Positions 53,396-64,000 of a stretch of DNA of 64,000 bases are shown piece by piece. Numbering within the stretch: the stretch's first letter is position 1; each line of letters opens with the position of its first letter. The DNA is taken from positions 51,832,001 through 51,896,000 of the forward strand of contig NC_042998.1 in the NCBI RefSeq assembly GCF_006345805.1. Direction: 5' to 3'. This DNA comes from Octopus sinensis. Lineage: Eukaryota. The notes under the pieces were generated by a model. It searched no databases. It was not told where the DNA came from and worked only from the letters and a program-made list of their open reading frames with translations. Both the position numbers and the translations under genes were made by a program.

Positions 53396-53739
53396 TATAT
53401 ATGTATGTATGTGCATACATACATACATACATACATACATACATACATACATACATACATACATACATACTTACTTACTTACTACTTACTTACTTACTTA
53501 CTTACATACATACTTACATACATACATACATACATACAAAAACACACACACATGCATATTTGAAGACTACAGATCCAAGCCATCACAGGAAGTGTAAGAA
53601 TCTGTAAAACTTTTCAGAAGTCTATCATTTAAGTATATATGAGCATGTCTAGACATGCAATTATATGCATGAGAATATATGCATGAAACAAAACAGAAAT
53701 CTAGGTTAGAAACTGGCTCTTTCTCTGCTGGCAAGTAAT

Positions 53740-54549
53740 CATCATCATCATCACCATCATTGTTTAATGTCCGTTCTCCATGCTAGCATGGGTTGGACTG
53801 TTCGACCGGGGATCTGGGAAGCCAGAAGGCTGCACCAGGCTCCGGTCTTATCTGGCAAAGTTTCTACAGCTGGATGCCCTTCCTAACGCCAACGACTCCG
53901 AGAGTGTAGTGGGTGCTTTTTACGTGCCACCTGCACTGGGGCCAGGCGAGGCTGGCATCGGCCACGGTCAGATGGTGCATTTTACGTGCCACTTGCATGG
54001 AAGCCAGTTGAGGCGGCACTGGCTTCGGCCACGATTTGGATGGTGCTTTTTACGTGCCACCGACACAGAAGCCAGTCGAAGTGGCGCTGGCATCGGCTAC
54101 AATTCAGATAGTGCTTTTTACGTATCCCCAGTCCAGGGGTCCTGGCATCTGCCGGGTGCCAGTCATAGGATTGGTTCAATTTCGATTCCGATTTCGATTT
54201 CACTTGCCCCAACAGGTCTTCACAAGCAAAGGGGGGTTGGCATAGATGCCTGTCGTCGGATGAGGTTCGATATTGATTTCGCTTGCCTCAACAGGTCTTT
54301 GTGTGTCCAAGGGAGGAAAGGCATGCATAAGTGGGCTGGACTCACTTGTCCTGCCTGGTCTTTTCACGCACAGCAAATTTCCAAAGGTCTCAGTCACTGG
54401 TCATTTCCTCAGTGCGACCTAAAGTTCGAAGGTCGTGCTTCACCACCTCGTCCCAAGTTTTCCTGGGTCTACCTCTTCCACGGGTTCCCTCCACTGCTAG
54501 GGATTGGCACTTTTTCACACACCTATCTTCATCCATTCTCGCCACATGA
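53740..54549 (-). mobile_element. 5'-truncated RTE LINE
   Basis: GHVARMDEDRCVKKCQSLAVEGTRGRGRPRKTWDEVVKHDL on the minus strand, plus UTR and tail. Confidence 0.9.
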
Positions 54550-54603
54550 CCAATCTTGAAATAAAACTGAATTATGACATACATATTTAAATATGTATGC
54601 ATG

Positions 54604-54635
<32 letters not shown>

Positions 54636-54734
54636 AATGTATGAATGTATATATATGTATTTTTATATACACATGCATGTATACATATATATGTATACAT
54701 GCATACATACATACATACATATATATATATATAT

Positions 54735-54792
<58 letters not shown>

Positions 54793-54804
54793 GTATATAT
54801 AGAA

Positions 54805-55227
54805 TTCGATGACTGGCATCTGTGCTAGCAGGGTGCAAAGAGCACCATACGAGTGTGCTTGTTGACAGAGCAGCTTACTGGCTTCCGTGCCAGTGGCACA
54901 TAAAAGGCACCATTCGAATGTGATCATTACCAGTATCGCCTTACTGGCACTTGTGCCCGTGCTAGAAGGGTGCCAAAAGCACCATCTGAGCATGATCGTT
55001 GCCAGTACCGCCTGACTGGCCCCGTGTGGTGGCATGTAAAAAGCACCCACTACACTCTCGGAGTGATTGGCATTAGGAAGGGCATCCAGCTATAGAAACT
55101 CTGCAAGATCAAGATTGGAGCCTGGTGCAGCCATCTGGTTTGCCAGTCCTCAGTCAAAATCGTCCAACCCATGCTAGCATGGAAAGCGGACGTTAAACGA
55201 CGATGATAATGATGATGATGATGATGA

Positions 55228-55231
<4 letters not shown>
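54805..55231 (+). mobile_element. RTE 3' UTR fragment
   Basis: Four ~55-60-bp UTR units, CCATGCTAGCATGG palindrome and (GAT)n tail abutting (TA)n. Confidence 0.9.
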
Positions 55232-55270
<39 letters not shown>

Positions 55271-56049
55271 TATTTATATATATAGGTCATGTGTTGAAAG
55301 CATGATAAGGACTAATTAAAACTACATTCTATGTTCTATGAAGCATTTTAAGTTTGTGAATTCTATTTTTATTGTACCATTAATGCTGTATATTAATTAA
55401 CTGTCCAAACTGTCCACATTTTTTATTGTTTCTCATATAGTATCTTCAAAATCTAGTTTTAAAAATTCATCTCAGTGATGTCACATATTTTCTTTGCACC
55501 CCAGCCATTTACATAAATTTATATAAATTATCCTCATTTATATAAATGCTTGTTGTAAAGCAAGTTTTTGGGATATTTAATCAATGCTATGGTTGTTATT
55601 GTTATTTACTCACAGTTTGGCTGTAGCTGAGCAGATATGAATAAGGACATTCCACCCGTGACTACCCCTATCTTTCTTTCAGGAAAGATAGTTTGGTTAT
55701 GCCTCCCTCATTGAAGCCATATAAAGGTTATGGGTAATGAACTTTTCATTACTTTAGCTAGGCACCCACTTAGTCATCAAAACAAAGACATTTTTCCAGG
55801 CATGGGCATGGCTGTGTGGTAAGAAGCTTGCTTCCCAATCACATGGTTCAGGGTACAGTCCCACTGCATGACGCCTTGAGCAAGAGTCTTCTATTGTTGC
55901 GTCAGGCCAAACAAAACCCTGTAAGTGGATTTGGTACTCAGAAACTGCAAAAAGTCTGTCAAAATCATAGGCATGCCAAGTGAAATTGTAGCGGTGGCTG
56001 ATGTCAGGGTTATGTAACTGACACCCATGCTGATGATATATAAAAAGCA

Positions 56050-56876
56050 CCTTGTAAAGCAGGAATCTGAACCTTGCCTCCAGAGCAACACATTCCAGGA
56101 CTTCCGCACGTAAACTTCTTTTCCCCACAGAACCTGCACTGATGCAATAGCTCTCCTACTCTGACAGCAGGATCTTCATTGTAATTTAAATTAGGATCAG
56201 ATTTAAAGGCCAATTTCTCTTCACAAAATGCACCTCCCATTGGTACATGTGTGAAGGCAGCAGGCATTATATCTTGGACACTCAAACTCGTTATAGTAAC
56301 ACTGTATATACTGCAATTTCTCCTAATAGATGCTTGCCTATTGGATGCTTGTAAGAGGCAGTGGGCATGCTGTTGGTGAGACTCATCTGCTTGGCTTGTT
56401 GCAGTTCCATGTCAGTTTGGTCAAAGGCATGTTGAACAGTGTTCCTGAGACTCAGTAGATCGAGTTGCTGAAGTTGTACACCTGTTTTGTAGTAAACATA
56501 TCAAACAGGCTTCCTGAGACTCAGCTGCTCTGGTTGCTGCAGTTCTACGTCTGTTTAGAAGAAGACTTATCGAATGTACTTCCTGAGACTCAGCTGCTCA
56601 TTTTACTTCTGTAGAGCACCGATTATGAAGAAGACACACATGGTAGTCTATCTCAGACTTGGATGCCTGTGTTGCTGTTATTCTACACCTGGTTTTAGAA
56701 AGTTGTTGCAATCCTTCAGTGTGAGACTCTGGCACTCACATTGCTGCAGCTCTTTGTCTATTAGAGAATAGGTGCTGTTTATGCTGAAGTGACTTTTCTA
56801 GAGCACGCAAAGAGGCAGTTTTCTCTGCAGCCCTTGTTTGTGGAGATAAATTCGAATGTCTTCGTTTTGGTAGCAT
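56050..56876 (-). mobile_element. Helitron RepHel N-terminal remnant
   Basis: MLPKRRHSNLS start, repeated ESQE...R...RA motifs and CRFCGEKKF..GSPGMCCSGGKVQIPAL zinc-finger motif; several stops. Confidence 0.8.
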
Positions 56877-57739
56877 AGCTGAAAAGAGCGAATGATTAAG
56901 GAACATATAAGATGGAAAACACAGCAATTTGAAGTTGTGCTTTGTATAGTTTCATTTTCTAGTAATGAAGCAAGAGATGTGGAAAAATTTATATTTCAAT
57001 TGGTATACCATTATTATGAGAAGAAGCAGAAAACTGTCAATGGTTTTGCTATGTTCTGTGTTGATAAGTGTAATGCATTGCGTTAGCTGATATATAGTAG
57101 GCTGGATTTCTGGTGTAATGGAAGTTATTATTTGTTTAAAAGTGAAGTGGGGAGGGTACAATTTGCATGAAAGTGCTTTATGTTCTTAAGAAGGATCACA
57201 AACTAAGTATTGTTTCATGGAATAAAAAGGGGTTAATACGATTTTGCCCAGAAATCACGTTTTCAAAATTATAATTTACCCCTCCCCACTGCAATTTCTT
57301 AATTTTAAACTTTTTCAGAATTTATTTTTTATCCACGTTGAAAAATACAAAGATTATGAATCTGGGAAATATAATTTCTTTTTGAAAGTTTCATTTTTCT
57401 GAAAAAAACACTGGATGCCTCTTCCCTTGCCCACCCATCACCTACCCGCTCTCAAAAAGCTAAAAAAATTCAAATGTTTCATTTTCATCGGCTGTTTCAC
57501 ACATGTGTAGACTTGTACTGAAATAAGAAACTTAAAATATATGAGACCACCACCACCAGAAAACCCGACATGCTAGGAACAACAGGTAAATGACATTATT
57601 TCTTATTTCTTTATTGCCCACAAGGGGCTAAACATAGAGGGGACAAACAAAGGGATTAAGTCGATTACATCGGCCCCAGTGCGTAACTGATACTTAATTT
57701 ATCGACCCCGAAAGGATGAAAGGCAAAGTCAACCTCATG

Positions 57740-58228
57740 GAGAGGTGATGGGTGGATGTTGGGGAAGGAGATGTTAGTGTTTCATTAAGAAAAAAATGAA
57801 AGAAGAAAATTCTTAAAGATTTGTACTGTTTGTATTTTTTTCTCCGTTGATTACCAAGAAAAATGTTGAAAAAAGTGAAAAAAATTAAGAAATTGGGATG
57901 GAGAGAGAGAAAATTAAAATATTGAGAACATGTCTTTTGGGTGAAATGCAAGTTTCCTGTATAGAAAACATAGGAATGTGAAGAAATGTTAAAAAAAAAA
58001 GGGGTGGGGGCTCAAATGTCACCTCAGACATGCTGGAAACAAAAATTAAAGGACAGTATTTCTGGGAGAACTTCCTTGTAAGTTTATATGAAAGATCGGG
58101 TTTTGAAATACAGTAATCTCAAACAGGAATGACAGAACAGAAAAAGATAATCTCAATTGGATTTGAGCTGTAATTTTGTGTGTGCACACAGCAAGAAATA
58201 ACATAATTCAACAGAAGTTTTACCTAGA

Positions 58229-58270
<42 letters not shown>

Positions 58271-59925
58271 ATGGGTATGTATGTGTGTGTGTGTGTGCCA
58301 AAGGAAGTTATTTTTATGTACCTTTCTTAATTCCAAAAGAAGTAAAAGTTGAAGAATGCTTTGAAAATTATAGTTGAGCCCTGACTGTTAAGATGTGAAG
58401 ATGTGTGCACATGCATTTGTAGGGTTGATGCGCTGGAGAAACATGTATGAAAATGTACACATGAATATTGCATTAAGATAAGTTAGCTTTGCAGACCATG
58501 TTTGGAATTATCTATATAACTGATACAAAGTGTGTAAGAAATGAAATAAAATACAAGTTTAGTCAGATATCGATGAAGTTAGTGAAGTTTTAACATGTTG
58601 CTGACAACATAGTGTCTCCATACATTATAATGAGAAATTGTAAGAGAGAGATATTGTCATTTTTTTTATGTGTGGTATTTCTGTAGAAATTCTATGCATA
58701 TTTGAAGCATTAGAAGCAAATCAAAATATTGCCAGAAAAACGACCTCAAAATTGTGTGACTTGACCTCATTTCTGAGGTTATTTTATTAGTAAAAAAGAG
58801 TTGTTATGGCAAAAACATACTTTATTTGGTAGCCAAAAGATTACTGAATACTTTGATACCTCATACGTCAAAATGGGCAACTCAGTTTTTGAATCCACAA
58901 GGAACATGCACATACACACACACACACACACACTGTAGCTTTTTTAAAGTGGTGAGGTGAAGGTGGATGTTGAGGAAGGACATGTTAGTCTTCCTTTAAA
59001 AAAGAAGGGAGTAGAAAATTCTTAAAGATTCATACAGTCTGTTTGTTTCTCCATGGATTACCAAGAAAAGATGTGGAAAAAAGTAAAATATGTAGAAACT
59101 GGGATTGAGAGGGAGAAAATTAAAATATTGAGAACATGTTTTTGGGGTGAAATGCAAATCTCCTGTATGGAAAACATAGGAATGTGAATAAATTTAGGAA
59201 AAACATAAGTGGGTGGGATGTGAATATTACCTTGGACATGCTAGAAACAACAGGTAAGGACAAGATCTCTGGGAGAACGTCCTTGTAAGTTTATATGGAA
59301 GATCAGGTTTTGAAATACAGTCAACACAAACAGGAATGACAATAGAAAAAGTTCATTTTTATAGGATTTGATCTGTAATTTTGCACATGTACAGAGCAAG
59401 AAATAATAGAATTCAAAGAGAAGTTTTACCTAGAGTGTGTGTGTGTGTGTGCCAAAGGAAGTTATTTTTACATATCTTTCTTAATTCCAAAAGAAGAAAA
59501 AGTTGAAGAGAACTTTCAAAATTGTAGTTGGGCCGTGATTGTGAAGGTGAGAAGAAGTGTGTGCATGTGTTTGTAGGGTTGATGTGTCTGAGAAACATGT
59601 ATGAATTATGTTTATAATTGAAAGTGAAGTGTGTAAAAAAATGGAATGAAATCCACGTTTCGTCATATATCAATGAAGTTCGTGAAGTTGTAACATGTTG
59701 TTGACAACATAGTGTCTCTATACATTATAATGAGAAATTGAAAGAGAGAGATAATGCCAAATTCTATGCATGCATGAAACATTGGATGAAGGTGAAGCAT
59801 AAAATTATGTGACCCGACCTCGTTTCCAAGGTTACCAGCAACTCCTTCTCTCCTGCTTTCCCCTCATTTTGTGCTGGCTTTCTTTCACCTTCATCTATTG
59901 AACATACATACAGTATCAACCATCA

Positions 59926-59967
<42 letters not shown>

Positions 59968-60240
59968 CTTTCCCTCTGTCTTTCAACTCCTCCTATAGAA
60001 ACTTGTTTTCTCTCTGTTTCTTTCTCTCTTCTCTCTGTCTTCTTTTCATCCTGTGTTTCTGCTGCTCACATATATTCAAGAAAAATTATACTATTAAATT
60101 TTTGTGATGTAATTATGTAAATGAGAGTAAAGTTTATTTGGAAGCTGAAAGATTACTGAAGCTTTCGATACTTCATATGTCAAAATCGGCAACTCAGTTT
60201 TCAGATCCATAAGGGACATACACGCACAAACAAAGCCTCT
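57740..60240. repeat. Tandem duplication of a ~1.2-kb unit (about 57740-58930 and 58940-60240), with a partial third unit upstream
   Basis: Shared blocks GAAAATTCTTAAAGATT, CCTTGTAAGTTTATATG, GAAGTTTTACCTAGAGTG, ACAACATAGTGTCTC and GGCAACTCAGTTTT in the same order; the second unit has a ~280-bp CT-rich insert. Confidence 0.85.
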
Positions 60241-60380
60241 TTTATATATTAATATATATAAATGTGTGTGTATGTATGTATGTATGTATGTATGTATGCA
60301 TGCATGTATGTATGTATGTATGTATGTATGTATGTATGTATGTATGTATGTATGTATGTATCTATCTATCTATCTATCTA

Positions 60381-60416
<36 letters not shown>

Positions 60417-61450
60417 CACATACATACATACATACACACATACATACATACATACATACATAGATATATAAAAATATATTTATTTATAGTTATATTATAT
60501 TCTGTAAAGAACATAGTAGAGTACAGTATAGATCTTGTCCACCTTCTGAATCACTCTGTGCTATCCAGTAGTAGTATTATACGTACTTCCAGGTTTGCAT
60601 TTGGGCATCTGTCATGCATGAATTTACATATTGCCTGAGGAAACACAACTAGATCTCATAATACAGGGAAACAGTTGCATAATCAAATACCTGCTCACCT
60701 GGAGAACTATGTTGCATCAAAACAATTGTAGTAATTAAAAAATAAATGTCCAACCAAAAACCCCTTCTGGTTGACTCCAATTTTTTTCAATTATATATAT
60801 ATTTATATGTACATATATGTTTGTATGTATGTATGTTGTATGTATGTATGTATGTATGTATGTATGTATGTATGTATGTTTGTGCCTCTGCTCCTTCATT
60901 CTCCCTCTCTCTGTCGCCCCCTTTCTACCTCTCTCAACACTTCCTCTTCCATACCACATGACTGGTACCCAGTAAAAGTGGTGTCATTCTTTTTTACCCT
61001 ACCTTTCATCTGACTGGTCACATTAGCCTCAGCTCCTGCTGTGTCTGTTCTTTCCTCTAGGACTTTATTTCCTCTTTGTGCAACCTCACTCAGTTTGTTC
61101 GACAGCTGTGAAACTCTTTCTGTTGCATTTGTGGTATATGTATAATTATTATTTCTTTCCTTCGTTTTTATGTAGCTGTAAGGCTTTGTGCTGTTATACA
61201 TGCATAATTCAAAGTCTGTTGTATTTATTGCAAAATTGAGCAGTATCCTTTCGCGTTTTGAGAAACCTGATTTCTCAAGATTGATGCTCTGGAAGTTTGT
61301 TACACATCCCAATGCCCCATTAATTACAGGTATAAACCTGAGCTTATAATCTGCATAGAGTAACTGTAAATTTCTCAATAGTTCAGTGTAGGTTTTTTCC
61401 CACTGCTTTATATAGCATAGCTACACACTGGTGACTGAAACAACTAAAAG

Positions 61451-61521
<71 letters not shown>

Positions 61522-61549
61522 AAAAATCTATATGTATATGTATATGTAT

Positions 61550-61588
<39 letters not shown>

Positions 61589-62363
61589 CATCATCATCGT
61601 TTAACTTCTGTTTTCCATGCTAGCATAGTTTGGATGGTTCGACCGGGGTCTGGGAAGCCAGGAGGCTGCACCAGGCACCAGTCTGATCTAGCAGGGTTTC
61701 GACAGCTGGATGCCCTTCTTAATGCCAACCACTCCGTGAGTGTAGTGAGTGCGTTTTACATGCCACCAGCACAGGTGCCAGGCGAGGTTGGCAACGGCCA
61801 CGATTGGATGGATCTTTTTACATGCCACCGGCACTAGTATCACAACTACAATTTCCATTGATTTTTTGATCGATATATATATATATTTATATATGTACAG
61901 AAGTAGCTTTGTGGTAAGTAGCTTGCTTACCAATCTCATGGTTCCAGGTTCAATCCCACTGTGTGACACCTTGGGTAAGTGTCTTCTACTATAGCCTCAG
62001 GTTGACCAAAGCCTTGTAAATGGATTTAGTAGCTGGAAACTGAAAGAAGCCCATTGTATATGTATATGTATGTGTGTGTGTGTGTGTGTGTTTGTGTGTG
62101 TGTGTTTGTTCCCCATCATCGCTTGACAACTGATGGTGGTGTGTCTACGTCCCTGTAGCTTAGCGGATCAGCAAAAGTGACCGACAGAATAAGTACGAGG
62201 CTTAGAAAGAATAAGTCCTGGGGTCAATTTGTTTGACTAAAAGGCGATGCTCCAGCATACCCACAGTCAAATGACTGAAACAAATAAACGAATAAAAGAA
62301 AAGAATATATATATATATATCTATATATCTGTAAATTAACATGTTATATATCTGTAAATTAAC

Positions 62364-62494
62364 ATTCAATAGCCAAGATAAAACTCTGAGTTTCGGATGC
62401 CGAAGTAGAAATCCACAACACCATCTCTTTGGTTATCTGATAACCGAAGAGATGGTGTTGTGGATTTCTCAGAGTTTTATCTTGGCTATTGAAT
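62364..62494. repeat. Asymmetric palindrome: head-to-head duplication of a hammerhead-like pseudo-LTR segment
   Basis: Arms ATTCAATAGCCAAGATAAAACTCTG...AGAAATCCACAACACCATCTCTT.GGTTATC and its reverse complement meet at T62438; the right arm lacks 18 nt. Confidence 0.85.
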
Positions 62495-62611
62495 AATGGT
62501 AACATATTAATTTAAAGATAAATTTCCTCTATTTACATAATATTGAGGTCTCTTTCTTTCTTTTGTTATCTTACCGTTTTTACCAATATATATATATATA
62601 TATATATAGAT

Positions 62612-62685
<74 letters not shown>

Positions 62686-62716
62686 TGACAGACAGACAGA
62701 TAGATAGATAGATAGT

Positions 62717-62786
<70 letters not shown>

Positions 62787-62916
62787 TATACATATACATA
62801 TACATTTAATGAATAATGAAACTTTCTGTTTATACCATTTTGATTATCCAGAATTCTGACTGCCTCCTTTTTCTCAATATGCAATATCTGTACACCACCT
62901 CAAGCACTCTCTCTCT

Positions 62917-63003
<87 letters not shown>

Positions 63004-63711
63004 CAGTGTGTGTGTATGTATGTTATTTGTGAACATATAAGTATAAATGAAATAAACGTATGAATGCTCAACTAATTAGCTGTTCCTGGATAAATGTTCA
63101 AGCGGATTGCCATCTATTTAGGTCAAGAATTATATAACATTCTCAAATTAGAAAAAAACTATTTCTTCAGTCTTAGGAATCTGGTAAAACAATCTCTAAA
63201 TGGTTTGTTTACAGTTCTTAAAATGTAATTATTATTTTTTTTCATTACTTGTTTATTTCTTTAACCATCCGTTCCTGTGGCTATAACAGAATTTCATATT
63301 GAATAACATTGTAATGCATTCTAATGCATTGTAGTTTTGTAATTTAGCTTAATTTGCTGTGTTGAAATAATCCCTGTGATTGTATAAAGAGACAGATGTG
63401 ATTTGTGAGTGTCAGTCCAAAATCGTATTAGCCCACAGGGGCACTATTTGTGTTGTTCATTTTGGGTTTGTTAGACTGGTGGAGAACCACTCTTCTTGTA
63501 TATATAAAACATACATACACATCTCACCTTGTGGAAGTCTAGAAGACAATCAAGCAATGGATAATGTAAGGTTAAGAACCTTCCATCCTGAATATAAGAA
63601 CCTTCTATCCTGACCACAACTTTGTCATTTTGGACTTCCATTAGCTGATACTTATAGGGGTCACTTACTCCTCCTGCAAACTGGGACATGTCACCTGGTG
63701 GAAGTCTAGAA

Positions 63712-63894
63712 CGGTGCGCTGTAACCTTTTTTCACACGCATTACACATATATTTTTCAAAATTTTGTGGCACACTTGAACTAGAAATATAACTGAAAATA
63801 TAAGGAAAAAATTATATTCATGTTATACTGTGGCACACCTAGCATCATTTCATGACATGCCAATGTGCTGCAGCGTACCGGTTCTGGAGTACTG
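63712..63894. mobile_element. hAT MITE with 8-bp TSD
   Basis: GTCTAGAA at 63704-63711 and 63895-63902; CGGTG...TACTG termini. Confidence 0.8.
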
Positions 63895-64000
63895 GTCTAG
63901 AAGACAACCAAGCAATGGATAACGTAAAGATCCAAGACTTCAGTTTTTTCAAAGCTTGTACCTGCTATATACCAGTGTCCACAATATAAAATTGGATTTT

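Overview
Repeat-saturated, AT-rich, CpG-depleted eukaryotic DNA. The SINE, LINE and microsatellite repertoire looks like an Octopus genome (inference from recognised tRNA-derived SINE and RTE-tail motifs; no database search was run). I could not identify any host protein-coding gene. Most ORFs in the track are microsatellite translations; the rest are transposon remnants. These include a young 5'-truncated RTE LINE (39.4-42.1 kb, one nonsense codon, a PHD-like finger inside ORF2), two Penelope-like elements (RT + GIY-YIG), many RTE 3' tails, RLE-type LINE fragments, mariner, hAT and Helitron remnants, MITEs and dozens of SINEs, often nested. The most interesting signal is four type I minimal hammerhead-ribozyme-like motifs. 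The cleanest lies in the 3' pseudo-LTR of a Penelope element (22818-22862). One lies in the tail of a tRNA-headed SINE-like element (33006-33433). Two are variants (7273-7308 and 62377-62437). Two of the four occur as fold-back inverted pairs in which one arm has lost part of the ribozyme core. Coordinates were read by eye and element boundaries are approximate (about +/-10-30 bp unless termini are quoted).
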